From assembly GCA_028286665.1 (NCBI GenBank), contig JAQBRD010000026.1, positions 7,967 to 71,966 of the forward strand: 64,000 bases of DNA. Direction: 5' to 3'. A program made the position numbers and the translations under genes. Below the pieces are notes generated by a model. That model had not been told where the DNA came from. It made no database searches and saw nothing but the letters and a program-made list of their open reading frames with translations. Below are positions 46,590 through 56,540 of the stretch, in pieces. This stretch comes from Candidatus Tayloriibacteriota bacterium (lineage in GTDB: Bacteria; Patescibacteriota; Minisyncoccia; Phycocordibacterales; PALSA-1337). Position 1 is the first letter of the stretch. The number at the start of each line of letters is the position of its first letter.

Positions 46590-47504
46590 ATGAATCATCT
46601 CCTCTATGTCACCAAAGCCGACGGAAGCAGGGAGCTCTTCGAAGAAGAGAAGCTTGCGGAGTCCCTCAAGCGCGTCGGCGGCAGCGATGCCCTGATCGAC
46701 GAGATCGTCGAGAAGATCGAGGCTGAAATGAACAGCAGCATGACGACCGGCGAGATCTATCAGCATGCGTTCGAGCTTCTTCGCAAGCATGAAGCGCCAG
46801 TCGCGGTGAAATATTCGCTTCGCCGCGCGCTTTCCGAACTCGGTCCCGAAGGATTCCCGTTCGAGAAATACATCGCGGAGCTTTTCCGCGCGCAGGGCTA
46901 TCAGGCGCTCACTGATCAGATGGTCATGGGCGCATGCGTGCCGCATGAAGTAGACGTCGTCGCCTGGAACGAGCAGAAGCTCGTCATGGTCGAAGCGAAA
47001 TTCCATAACGAATTCGGCCTCAAGTCCGATGTGAAAGTAGCTCTTTACGTGAAGGCGCGTTTCGATGATATCAAAGGCAACATGTTCGACTATGGCGGCA
47101 TCCATCGGACGATGACTGAGGGATGGCTCGTGACGAATACGAAATTCACCGATCAGGCTATCAAGTACGGCGAGTGCAAAGGCCTGAAGATGATCGGATG
47201 GAATTACCCGCATCATGGCAGCCTCCAGCACATCATCGAGAGCTCGGGCCTCCATCCGCTCACCTGCCTCGTTTCCGTCAGCAACGTGCACAAGAAGCTG
47301 CTCATCGCCAAAGGCGTCGTCCTCTGCCGTGATCTGAAGCAGCGTCCGGAATTATTGAAGCAGGTCGGCCTCGACAATCTCCGGATCGCCCAGATCATCG
47401 AGGAGATCGATTCTGTCTGCGGGGTCAGCTTGGCTCCGCAGCAGTCGCCATCCGAATCCAGTTCGCAAGCCCCGTTTCCTGCAAGCACTCTGATATCAGC
47501 ATAA
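46590..47504 (+). CDS. ATP-cone plus Mrr-like PD-(D/E)XK endonuclease domain protein
   Basis: 'VTKADGSRELFEEEKL..SL' ATP cone; 'G.PFEKYI', 'HEVDVVA...VEAKFH', 'LVTNTKFT'. Confidence 0.8.
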   Translation: MNHLLYVTKADGSRELFEEEKLAESLKRVGGSDALIDEIVEKIEAEMNSSMTTGEIYQHAFELLRKHEAPVAVKYSLRRALSELGPEGFPFEKYIAELFRAQGYQALTDQMVMGACVPHEVDVVAWNEQKLVMVEAKFHNEFGLKSDVKVALYVKARFDDIKGNMFDYGGIHRTMTEGWLVTNTKFTDQAIKYGECKGLKMIGWNYPHHGSLQHIIESSGLHPLTCLVSVSNVHKKLLIAKGVVLCRDLKQRPELLKQVGLDNLRIAQIIEEIDSVCGVSLAPQQSPSESSSQAPFPASTLISA

Positions 47505-47523
47505 TTATTTACATACAAAACCC

Positions 47524-48771
47524 ATGCCAAAGAAAACAGCAAAGAAATCCGCCAAGCCATACATTCCATCCCAGAAAATTCTCGAGCGATATGCAGACGT
47601 GCTCGTCAATTTCGCCCTCGGCGGAGGAAAGGGAATCAAGAAGGGCGAAGTCGTGCGCATCACCGCAGAGGAATACGCCAAGCCGTTTTATCTCGAGCTC
47701 CGCAAGGCAGTCTGGAAAGCCGGCGGCCATGTCCTCGGCAATTATCTCCCGAGCAACGACGAGCAGTACAATGTCGACCGCGACTTTTTCATCCATACGC
47801 AGGAGCATCAGCTTTCATTTTTTCCAGACAAGCATCTGAAAGGACTGATCGAGCAGCTCGACCATACGATCTTCATCGACAGCGAGACCAACAAGCAGTC
47901 GCTCGCAGGCATCGATCCGAAGAAGCTTATGCAGCAGGGCCGGGTGATGAAGCCATGGATGGAATGGAGGAACGAAAAGGAGAACGCAGGCAAGTTCACC
48001 TGGACGATGGCGCTGTATGCGACGGAAGCCATGGCAAAAGAAGCTGGGCTTTCGCATCAGGAATACTGGAAGCAGATCATCGACGCATGTTTCCTCAACG
48101 AGAAGAATCCGATCGCGAAATGGAAGCAGCTCTACAAGAAGCTCGAATCATACCGGGCGAAATTGAATGCGCTTCCGGTCGACAAATTTCATATACAAGG
48201 ACCTGACGCGGATCTGTGGATCAAGTATGGCGAAAAGCGCGCATGGATGGGCGGCAGCGGACGGAATATCCCGAGCTTCGAGCTCTTCACCTCGCCTGAT
48301 TGGCGCGGCACCGAAGGCTGGATCCGCCTCAATCAGCCGCTCTACCGGTACGGCAATCTCATCGAAGGCATCGAGCTCCATTTCAAGGACGGCAAGGTCG
48401 TGAAGTCGAGCGCCAAGAAGAATGAGAAAGTCCTGAAGGAAATGATCGCGCAGCCGAATGCCGACAAGATCGGCGAATTCTCGATGACCGACAAGCGATT
48501 TTCCCGCATCACGAAGTTCATGGCTGAAACTCTTTATGATGAGAATGTCGGCGGTCCGAACGGCAACACGCATATCGCCCTCGGCAATGCGTATCATGAT
48601 TGCTATGCAAGCGATCCGTCGAAGGTCACGAAGGAAGAATGGGAGCGTCTCGGCTACAACAATTCATCAGTCCACACCGACGTCATCTCGACGACGCCGC
48701 GAATCGTCACTGCGCATATGACCGACGGCACGACCAAGGTCATCTACAAGAACGGCATGTATGTCCTCTAA
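47524..48771 (+). CDS. M29 aminopeptidase (AmpS/PepS family)
   Basis: NIPSFELFTSPD, IGEF, LYDEN, HIALG, NNSSVHTD. Confidence 0.92.
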   Translation: MPKKTAKKSAKPYIPSQKILERYADVLVNFALGGGKGIKKGEVVRITAEEYAKPFYLELRKAVWKAGGHVLGNYLPSNDEQYNVDRDFFIHTQEHQLSFFPDKHLKGLIEQLDHTIFIDSETNKQSLAGIDPKKLMQQGRVMKPWMEWRNEKENAGKFTWTMALYATEAMAKEAGLSHQEYWKQIIDACFLNEKNPIAKWKQLYKKLESYRAKLNALPVDKFHIQGPDADLWIKYGEKRAWMGGSGRNIPSFELFTSPDWRGTEGWIRLNQPLYRYGNLIEGIELHFKDGKVVKSSAKKNEKVLKEMIAQPNADKIGEFSMTDKRFSRITKFMAETLYDENVGGPNGNTHIALGNAYHDCYASDPSKVTKEEWERLGYNNSSVHTDVISTTPRIVTAHMTDGTTKVIYKNGMYVL

Positions 48772-49951
48772 CAGCGGCGATACAATCATCCGGCTTTCAT
48801 TCGCAAATACGACGAATCGCGATCAGTTCTATCCGGTCCGAGTCGAGATCGGCGATGACTTCTTCCTTCTTGAAAAGATCGGATCGGACGGATCAGGCGC
48901 ACGATCGATTCAGAAATATATCTTTCTCGATAACCGAGAATTCGAATTCTTCAAGGAGCACAGCGCAGGATCAGGCATCGAAGCCGTCGCGCTCGAGCCG
49001 CTCATCACGGAGGCGAAAGCCACGCCTGAAGCTCCGAGCATTGGTCTTGGCATGCGCCTCGCGATAGTTATCCTACAGAAATATGGCGCAGGGCAGCCGG
49101 GCGCAAGCATCGAAGTGCCGAATTATTTTCCGCTCGATATGGCAGACTATCTCCGATCGAAGGGCATCGTGCTCAATGTGACGAAGCCGTTTCGGCCAGA
49201 GCGCCAATTGAAGAATGATGCGGAGATCGCAGCCATCGAGGCAAGCATCAAGAAGACGCAGCATGCGTATCGGAAGATCGAAGACATTCTCCGCGCGTCG
49301 AAGATTGAAGCGAAAGACGGCGCGAACGTCCTCGTCTATCAAGGAAAGATCCTCACTTCGGAATTCCTGAAGAAGGAGGTCGACAAAGTTCTCGTCGAAC
49401 ATGGGATGTCCAATGTGGCCGGCATAATCATTTCTTGCGGAAAGGATGCATCCATCGCGCATCATCCGGGAGCTGGCGCAATCCGTGCAGGCGAAACGAT
49501 CATCTGCGATCTCTTTCCTGTTTCGACCGAGACCGGATATTTCGCTGACATGACCCGCACCTATGTGAAGGGAAAGCCGAGCGAGAAAGCGCAGCAGATG
49601 TACGATGCGGTGCTTGAAGCGCAGGAAGCCGCGCTCGAATTCGCCAAGCCCGGCGCGAAGATCGCAGACATGCACGAGCTCTGCTGCGAGATGTTCCGCG
49701 TGCGAGGTTTCCATGTCGGCGACCGAGGCTTCACGCACAGCACCGGCCACGGTCTGGGCCTCGATCTGCATGAATCGCCGAACGTGAGTTCATCTTCGAC
49801 TGCGGCCTTCGAGGTCGGCCACGTCGTTACTGTCGAGCCAGGTCTCTACTATCCCGAGCATGGCGGCGTCCGCATCGAAGACGTCATCGCCATCACAAAA
49901 GACGGCAGCAGGAATCTCACCGAGTATCCGAAGGTTTTCATCATCGAATAG
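48761..49951 (+). CDS. M24 Xaa-Pro peptidase
   Basis: ADMTRT, HSTGHGLGLDLHE, TVEPGLY, GVRIED. Confidence 0.92.
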   Translation: MSSNSGDTIIRLSFANTTNRDQFYPVRVEIGDDFFLLEKIGSDGSGARSIQKYIFLDNREFEFFKEHSAGSGIEAVALEPLITEAKATPEAPSIGLGMRLAIVILQKYGAGQPGASIEVPNYFPLDMADYLRSKGIVLNVTKPFRPERQLKNDAEIAAIEASIKKTQHAYRKIEDILRASKIEAKDGANVLVYQGKILTSEFLKKEVDKVLVEHGMSNVAGIIISCGKDASIAHHPGAGAIRAGETIICDLFPVSTETGYFADMTRTYVKGKPSEKAQQMYDAVLEAQEAALEFAKPGAKIADMHELCCEMFRVRGFHVGDRGFTHSTGHGLGLDLHESPNVSSSSTAAFEVGHVVTVEPGLYYPEHGGVRIEDVIAITKDGSRNLTEYPKVFIIE

Positions 49952-49999
49952 CGCAGCTGAAACTCGAAAAAAAAGCGCTGGTATGCTACTCTTTCAGTC

Positions 50000-51919
50000 A
50001 TGACACTCCAAGAACTACGCAGCAAATTCCTCGCATATTATGAGAAGAACGGGCATGCGATCATCCCGTCGTCCTCGCTCGTTCCTGAGAATGATCCGAC
50101 AACGCTCTTCACCGGTTCCGGCATGCAGCCGCTCGTTCCATATCTGCTCGGTCAGAAACATCCGCAGGGAACCCGTCTCGTGAATTCGCAGAAGTCCTTC
50201 CGCTCGGGAGACATCGACGATATCGGCGACAATCGGCACACGACATTTTTCGAGATGCTCGGCAACTGGTCGCTCGGCGATTATTTCAAGAAAGAGCAGC
50301 TTCCGCAGGTCTTCCGATTCCTCACTGAGGAAGTCGGCCTCGATCCGAAGCGCCTCTATGTGAGCGCGTTCATCGGCGACGAAGCTAATGGCGTTCCGAA
50401 AGACGCCGAAGCCGAGGCGATCTGGAAAGAGCTTTTCGCTTCGAAGGGAATCGATGCGAAGACTGTCGACATCGGCAGCGAAGCGCGAGGCGCCGAGATC
50501 GGCATGCAGGGCGGACGCATCTTCTTCTATGACGTGAAGAAGAATTGGTGGTCGCGATCCGGCATTCCGGCGAACATGCCTGCCGGCGAACCGGGAGGCC
50601 CTGACTCGGAGCTTTTCTATGAGTTTGATTTCATCGAGCACAATCCGAAATTCGGCGCGCATTGCCATCCGAACTGCGATTGCGGACGCTACATCGAATT
50701 CGGCAACTCTGTTTTCATGCAGTACAAGAAGAACGAAGCCGGCGGATTCGAATTGCTTCCGCAGTTAAATGTCGACTTCGGCGGCGGACTCGAGCGATTC
50801 GCCATGGCTGCGAACAACACTGCAGACATCTTCGGCCTCGACGTTTTCGCCGATCTCATCTCGACCCTCGAAACGAAGAGCGGCAAGAAATACAAGGACG
50901 CAGATGGAAAGGAAAATGAATATACCGCTGCATTCCGCGTAGTCGTTGACCACATCCGCGCATCCGTCTTCCTCATCGGCGACGGCGTCATTCCTTCGAA
51001 CAATGAGCGCGGCTATTTCGTCCGACGCTTGCTCCGCCGCGCCATCCGCTATTGGGACAAGCTCGGCATCAACGAGGGCGGCATCGCATCGACGGTCGAC
51101 GCGCTTCTCGAGAGCTACAAGGATGCATATCCTGAAACATACGCTCGCCGAACTGAAATCAAAGCTGAGATCGAAACCGAAGAGCAGAAATTCCGCACGA
51201 CACTCCGACATGGCTTGAAGGAGATCGAGAAGATCTTCGTTGATCTGCAATCGCAGAAGAAAGACGTGATTTCAGGCATCGATGCAGCGACGCTCTACCA
51301 GTCATACGGCTTTCCTGTTGAACTGACGCAGGAACTCGCGAAAGAAAAGGGAGTCAAGATTGATATGGACGGCTTCCATGCTGAAATGAAAAAGCATCAG
51401 GATCTTTCTCGCGCCGGTTCCGAAAAGAAATTCAAAGGCGGCCTTGCAGACACGAGCGACATGTCCCTCCGCTACCATACTGCCACGCACCTCCTCAATG
51501 CAGCGCTCCGCCAAGTCCTCGGCGATCATGTCGGGCAGAAGGGCAGCAACATCACGCCTGAACGACTTCGTTTCGATTTCTCGCATCCTGCGAAGATGAC
51601 CGACGAAGAAAAGAAGAAGGTCGAAGCCCTCGTTAACGGCGCGATCGAAGCGGCGTTTCCCGTTTCATTCAGAGAAATGCCGAAGGAAGAAGCAGAGAAG
51701 CTCGGCGCCATCCATGCATTCGGAGAGAAGTACGGCGACGTCGTGAAGGTCTACACCGTCGGCGACGAAGCGAAGCCGTTCAGCCGAGAATTCTGCGGAG
51801 GTCCGCATGTCTCGAATACGAAAGAACTCGCTGGTCCGGAAGGCAAGGCGCGATTCGTCATTCAGAAAGAAGAAGCGTCATCTCAAGGCATCCGACGCAT
51901 CAAAGCTGTGCTTGCATAA
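50000..51919 (+). CDS. alaS: Alanine-tRNA ligase, short form
   Basis: DPTTLFTGSGMQP, HTTFFEMLGNWS, DHIR, editing HTATH and EFCGGPH. Confidence 0.96.
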   Translation: MTLQELRSKFLAYYEKNGHAIIPSSSLVPENDPTTLFTGSGMQPLVPYLLGQKHPQGTRLVNSQKSFRSGDIDDIGDNRHTTFFEMLGNWSLGDYFKKEQLPQVFRFLTEEVGLDPKRLYVSAFIGDEANGVPKDAEAEAIWKELFASKGIDAKTVDIGSEARGAEIGMQGGRIFFYDVKKNWWSRSGIPANMPAGEPGGPDSELFYEFDFIEHNPKFGAHCHPNCDCGRYIEFGNSVFMQYKKNEAGGFELLPQLNVDFGGGLERFAMAANNTADIFGLDVFADLISTLETKSGKKYKDADGKENEYTAAFRVVVDHIRASVFLIGDGVIPSNNERGYFVRRLLRRAIRYWDKLGINEGGIASTVDALLESYKDAYPETYARRTEIKAEIETEEQKFRTTLRHGLKEIEKIFVDLQSQKKDVISGIDAATLYQSYGFPVELTQELAKEKGVKIDMDGFHAEMKKHQDLSRAGSEKKFKGGLADTSDMSLRYHTATHLLNAALRQVLGDHVGQKGSNITPERLRFDFSHPAKMTDEEKKKVEALVNGAIEAAFPVSFREMPKEEAEKLGAIHAFGEKYGDVVKVYTVGDEAKPFSREFCGGPHVSNTKELAGPEGKARFVIQKEEASSQGIRRIKAVLA

Positions 51920-51959
51920 TCGATGCGCGAGCTTGCGCCTGTGTGATATACTATTTCGC

Positions 51960-53153
51960 ATGATCTTCTCATCTCTATCGAAAAAAGAGAACAAAGCGCC
52001 CGGAGAATTATGGGCGCTCATCGACATCCAGAGCGGACTCGTCCGCGGATCTATCGTGCTCCTGTCGCCGAAGGGCATTCAGTCTCGAGTCATCTATACT
52101 ATCCAGCACGCGCTTCCGCATAAGTCCGAGATGAACAGTGGATATATCACGAAGACCATGCTTCACGGAGTAGCCGAAGTCGCTGCGCTCCTCGCTCGCG
52201 ATGGCATGCAGCGAGTCCGAGGCCTCGATCTCGGCCGTGATTTCCGTCCTGAGCTCTGCGGCATCCACTACATTCTCTCGTCTCCATGGGTCATGTCGCA
52301 GACAAAGCGGGTGAAAGTCTCATATGGGAAGCCTACTGCAATCAGCAGATCGAGCGTCGCCGCCATCATCGACAAGGCTCGCGAAGAGCTTGAAGCCGGC
52401 ATGAAGGACTTCGATGCGACGCTCATCGAGCAGAAGATATTCGAAGTGAAGCTCAACGGCTATTCGGTCACGGAATATGAAGGAAAGACCGCCAACGATC
52501 TCGATGTCTCATGCGCGCTTTCCATAAGCTCGAAGAAGATGCTGCAGCGGATTTCCAACGAAGTGCAGCGGTACCTCCATGCGAAACAAGAGCATCATCA
52601 CTCCGCGCTGCTCCTCGAGTATGCCGGCCTCCGCGCCATACTGCATCAGCACAATGAATACATGGTCATCCATGCGCATAGCGAGCTTACCGATGTCGTC
52701 GTCGTGAAGAACAACATGTGCGTGTTCATTTCTTCGTTCCCATTCGGCATAGCTACGATCATCAGGAAGATGGCGAAGACCTTGCGTCAGAGCATGCCTG
52801 CTGCGGATTCGCTGCTGACCCTTTTCGACGGAGGAAAGCTTTCCGATGAGGAGCGCGCTCGGATCTCTCCGATCATCAATGAGATCGGCAAAGGCTGGGT
52901 GCACGATCTCTTCGCGACGCTTGCTCATGCGGGCGAGACCATGGTCATTCCGAGGAATATCATCCTCTCGGCGCATAGTCATTTCAGTTTTTTCGCAATA
53001 GAGCTCAATTCGCCCCCGTCTGCGCCGGAGTATAAGCCGAACATCGCGGCTCTCGAGCTTCCGATGATCGCCGATTTCATAACGTATGATCCTGGCCAGG
53101 AAAGAAGTCTGAGAATCGGCATTTACACGACAGCGCTCGCATCACTCGAATAA
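51960..53153 (+). CDS. FtsA/actin-like fold hypothetical protein
   Basis: 'LIDIQSGLV', 'VKLNGY', 'HSELTDV....SFPFG...I.R'; start at MIFSS, 7 nt after TATACT. Confidence 0.55.
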   Translation: MIFSSLSKKENKAPGELWALIDIQSGLVRGSIVLLSPKGIQSRVIYTIQHALPHKSEMNSGYITKTMLHGVAEVAALLARDGMQRVRGLDLGRDFRPELCGIHYILSSPWVMSQTKRVKVSYGKPTAISRSSVAAIIDKAREELEAGMKDFDATLIEQKIFEVKLNGYSVTEYEGKTANDLDVSCALSISSKKMLQRISNEVQRYLHAKQEHHHSALLLEYAGLRAILHQHNEYMVIHAHSELTDVVVVKNNMCVFISSFPFGIATIIRKMAKTLRQSMPAADSLLTLFDGGKLSDEERARISPIINEIGKGWVHDLFATLAHAGETMVIPRNIILSAHSHFSFFAIELNSPPSAPEYKPNIAALELPMIADFITYDPGQERSLRIGIYTTALASLE

Positions 53154-53161
53154 AAAAACAC

Positions 53162-54499
53162 ATGTCACCAAGAAAATCACTTCAAGATATCGTTCCGCCA
53201 ACACGCCGCCCGTCAGCAAAGGGCGCTTCTTCTCGCGCATCTGTGCCGAATGAGACGCCGATCCAGATCAGGAAGCACGAAAAGCCTCAGGAAAGTCCTC
53301 GTGAAAAGACGATTGAGCGCAAAGCTTCCGAACCGAAGCACAAGAAGTCATACCGACGTTCGTGGATGCTCGTCACGTTCATCTTTCTGGTCATTTCGCT
53401 CGGCGTGATCGGCGCAGCCATCACGCTCATCTTCTCGAAGGGAACTATCGTCATAAAGCCGAAGACCATATCCGTAGCAGTCAGCACTTCGCAGATCGCA
53501 AAGCTCAATGCAGTTCCGCCGCAGCTTGCGTACGAAGTCATCAGCGCTTCTGAAGAGGCAAGAACCGATGTTCCTGCGGTTCAGACGAGCGCAGTCGAAA
53601 AGAAGGCTGTCGGACTGATCACGCTGTATAATAATTTCAGCAATACGCCGCAGAAGATCGTTTCCGGCACCCGCGTTTCGAATGCGAAAGACCTCATATA
53701 CAGAACGACCTACGATGTCATCATCCCTGCTCAGAAAATCGTCGCAGGAAAGGCGGTTCCTGGCAGCGTGAACGTGCACATCGCAGCTGAAAAGCCAGGC
53801 CCTGACTACAATTCATCGCTCACCGATCTCACGGGCGATTTCAAGGTCGTCGCATTCCAGAACACTCCGAAATACACGAAGATATTCGCTCGCATGAAGA
53901 CTGACATCACTGGCGGTTACTCCGGCAAGCAGGTCGTTCCGGACAAGAACGCACAAGCCGCAGCGGAGAAGGCGCTTGCAGGAAAGCTCAATGCGAAACT
54001 CATCGCGAACGCCAAGAACCTCATTCCGAAAGGATATGTCGCGTACGACGGCGCATATGCTATCCGATACATTCCGCTGAGCCCGGCTGCGCAAGGCACG
54101 AGCAGCGCATCGGTCGGCGTCCGAGCTGTCTATACCGGCTATGTATTCAAAGCCGATGATCTCGTCCGTTCGTTTGCGAAAGATCAGCTTGCGCAATTTC
54201 CGCCGGAGGGCTATGCATTCGCCGGCCTCGATACGCTTGCGTTCAAGCAGGCAAGCACGAGCGCCGCTCAGGCATCATCGACCATCGCATTCAGCCTGAA
54301 GGGCAATATCAAGATCGTCGGCACCATACCCGTAGATAAGCTGAAGAAGGAGCTGGCAGGAAAACAGGTTCAGGATACCGGCTCGATCATCAAGAGGTAT
54401 GGAACGGTCGGCGGCGCATATGCTAAGATATTCCCTGTCTGGATGCGATCGCTGCCCGATGATCCTGACCGTATCAATGTCGAAATCCAATCCGAATAG
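53162..54499 (+). CDS. Membrane-anchored protein with a baseplate-J-like extracellular domain
   Basis: 'LQDIVPP', TM helix, 'KAVG.ITLYN....GTR', 'AEKPG..YN', 'ITGG', 'PVW...LP'. Confidence 0.65.
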   Translation: MSPRKSLQDIVPPTRRPSAKGASSRASVPNETPIQIRKHEKPQESPREKTIERKASEPKHKKSYRRSWMLVTFIFLVISLGVIGAAITLIFSKGTIVIKPKTISVAVSTSQIAKLNAVPPQLAYEVISASEEARTDVPAVQTSAVEKKAVGLITLYNNFSNTPQKIVSGTRVSNAKDLIYRTTYDVIIPAQKIVAGKAVPGSVNVHIAAEKPGPDYNSSLTDLTGDFKVVAFQNTPKYTKIFARMKTDITGGYSGKQVVPDKNAQAAAEKALAGKLNAKLIANAKNLIPKGYVAYDGAYAIRYIPLSPAAQGTSSASVGVRAVYTGYVFKADDLVRSFAKDQLAQFPPEGYAFAGLDTLAFKQASTSAAQASSTIAFSLKGNIKIVGTIPVDKLKKELAGKQVQDTGSIIKRYGTVGGAYAKIFPVWMRSLPDDPDRINVEIQSE

Positions 54500-54552
54500 C
54501 GGAAATAGGGCTTTTTGAGGGCGATTCCTGTGAATCGCCCTGAATGGGCGTA

Positions 54553-54581
54553 TTGACTTTTTTTGCGCTTTCAGCTACTAT
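54553..54581 (+). promoter_or_regulatory. Sigma70 promoter of the infA-alpha operon
   Basis: TTGACT-17 nt-TACTAT. Confidence 0.7.
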
Positions 54582-54643
54582 AGTTCGACGTGTTGCATTT
54601 GATGTGCGCACGCGGTTTAAGTTGAAGTTTCTATTGAAATTCA

Positions 54644-54859
54644 TTGGCTAAAAGCAACCAAAACACAGCATACGGAGTCGTAACAGAAGCATTGCCGGAT
54701 ACACTCTTCCGAGTGAAACTCGATGGCAAAGATGATGTTGTGCTTGCATATCTTGCGGGCAAGATGCGCATGCATCGGATCAGAGTGCTTCTTGGAGACA
54801 AAGTCGAGCTCGAGCTCGACCCGTACGGAGGCCGCGCGCGCATTACGAAGCGTTTGTAA
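54644..54859 (+). CDS. infA: Translation initiation factor IF-1 (TTG start)
   Basis: GVVTEALP..LFRVKL, LAGKMRMHRIRVLLGDKV. Confidence 0.96.
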   Translation: MAKSNQNTAYGVVTEALPDTLFRVKLDGKDDVVLAYLAGKMRMHRIRVLLGDKVELELDPYGGRARITKRL

Positions 54860-54876
54860 TCTGTAACTAATTCATC

Positions 54877-54993
54877 ATGAAAGTAAAAGCATCAGTAAAA
54901 AAAATCTGTCCTAAGTGCAGCGTCGTCCGACGCAAGGGGTATGTTTATATTATCTGCAAGGCGAACCCTCGCCACAAGCAGCGACAGGGTTAA
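54877..54993 (+). CDS. rpmJ: 50S ribosomal protein L36 (absent from the ORF track)
   Basis: Manual translation [38 protein letters not shown]. Confidence 0.97.
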   Translation: MKVKASVKKICPKCSVVRRKGYVYIICKANPRHKQRQG

Positions 54994-55024
54994 TAGTTTT
55001 TCAATATCACATTAATACAATCAC

Positions 55025-55405
55025 ATGCGTATCCTCGGTATAACAATTCCAGACAATAAGCGACTCGAGATTGCCCTCACGGCACTTTACGGCATCGGCA
55101 CCTCGCGCGCGCTTCATATTTTGAAGACGGCTAATGTCGATCCAAAGATCATGGCGAAGGACGTGACCGTCGATCAGGAGAACACGATCCGAAAGATCAT
55201 CGAAGGCTTCCGAATCGAAGGAGATCTCAAGCGAGAGGTCGCAGCCAACATCAAGCGGCTCAAGGATATCAAGTCATACCGAGGCAGCCGACATGCACGA
55301 CGCCTTCCAGCCCGAGGACAGCGGACAAAGACAAATTCCCGAACCATCCGCGGCAACGTGCGAAAGACCATGGGATCCGGCCGAAAGAAGGAAGAAAAGA
55401 AGTAA
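55025..55405 (+). CDS. rpsM: 30S ribosomal protein S13
   Basis: YGIG, EGDLKREV, YRGSRH..LP.RGQRTKTNSRT. Confidence 0.97.
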   Translation: MRILGITIPDNKRLEIALTALYGIGTSRALHILKTANVDPKIMAKDVTVDQENTIRKIIEGFRIEGDLKREVAANIKRLKDIKSYRGSRHARRLPARGQRTKTNSRTIRGNVRKTMGSGRKKEEKK

Positions 55406-55432
55406 TCACCCAAATAACGCACACATAATCAC

Positions 55433-55867
55433 ATGGCAAAGAAAGAAACCGTCACAAAGAAAAGCACCGAGAAGAAGGAGGCTCCGAAAGCAGCCGCTCC
55501 TTCAGCTGTCTCAAAGAAGCGATTCGACTTCGGCGTATTGTATGTCCAGTCCACATATAACAACACCAAGGTCCTCCTTACTGATAAGGATGGCAACGCG
55601 CTCATGGCTTCATCTGCCGGAGCTCTCGGTTTCAAGGGTGCAAAGAAGGGAACTCCATTCGCTGCCGCGAAGGTAGGCGAGACCCTCGCCATGAAGGCCC
55701 AGCCCCTCGGTCTCAAGGAGATTGCCGTTGTCGTCAAGGGTACAGGATCAGGTCGCGAATCAGCTATTCGCGGCTTTGTTTCGAAAGGAATCATCATTAG
55801 CAGCATCAAGGACGTAACTCCTGTCCCATTCAACGGCCCGAAGCCGAAGAAGCCGCGACGAGTATAA
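55433..55867 (+). CDS. rpsK: 30S ribosomal protein S11
   Basis: STYNNT, GFKGAKKGTPFAA, GRESAIR, DVTPVPFNG. Confidence 0.97.
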   Translation: MAKKETVTKKSTEKKEAPKAAAPSAVSKKRFDFGVLYVQSTYNNTKVLLTDKDGNALMASSAGALGFKGAKKGTPFAAAKVGETLAMKAQPLGLKEIAVVVKGTGSGRESAIRGFVSKGIIISSIKDVTPVPFNGPKPKKPRRV

Positions 55868-55899
55868 GCAGCCTTCATTATTTTCAAATATTTAAACTT

Positions 55900-56511
55900 A
55901 TGATTATTGGACCACGATACAAAATTGCCCGACGACTTGGAGTGCCTGTGTTCGAAAAGACACAGACGCAGAAGTTCGCTATGCGATCAGCAGCTCGCGA
56001 TGGAGGCAAAGGAAAAGGCCGACCAAAGGCGAAGAGCGATTTCGGTCTCGGCTTGCTCGAGAAGCAGAAGGCTCGATACAGCTACGGCATCACGTCGAAG
56101 CAATTTTCGAACTACGTAGCCAAGGCTATCGAAAAGAAGGGCAACTCAGCAGAAATGCTCGTCCGACTTCTCGAATCTCGACTTGATAATGTCGCTCTCC
56201 GAGCTGGCTTTGCGACTACTCGAGCTGCAGCGCGGCAGATGGTATCGCATGGACACCTCACCGTGAACGGCAAGCGCGTCACTATTCCTTCATATGCTGT
56301 CTCAGTAGGCGATGTCATCGCTATTCGAGAAACAAGCAAGAAGAAGGCCCTTTTCGCTACCCTCGATGAACGATTGAAGGCAGTGAAGATTCCTGCATGG
56401 CTGAAAGCTGATTTCGACAAGAAAGCGGTAACGATCGATGGTCTCCCGTTCGCTCCAACTACGGAACTGATGTTCAATCCCGGGTCTGTCCTCGAGTTCT
56501 ATAGCCGTTAA
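55900..56511 (+). CDS. rpsD: 30S ribosomal protein S4
   Basis: EKQKARYSYG, LESRLDN, ARQMVSHGH, EFYSR. Confidence 0.97.
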   Translation: MIIGPRYKIARRLGVPVFEKTQTQKFAMRSAARDGGKGKGRPKAKSDFGLGLLEKQKARYSYGITSKQFSNYVAKAIEKKGNSAEMLVRLLESRLDNVALRAGFATTRAAARQMVSHGHLTVNGKRVTIPSYAVSVGDVIAIRETSKKKALFATLDERLKAVKIPAWLKADFDKKAVTIDGLPFAPTTELMFNPGSVLEFYSR

Positions 56512-56540
56512 TTATTAGTAATCATTTTAATACAAAAAAT

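Noticed and set aside
53162-54499. Prophage or contractile injection system
   Set aside because: Only one baseplate-like gene, membrane-anchored, with no other phage structural genes
54518-54541. Hairpin AGGGCGATTC-CTGT-GAATCGCCCT as a terminator
   Set aside because: No U-tract follows on the plus strand; function unclear and too short to call
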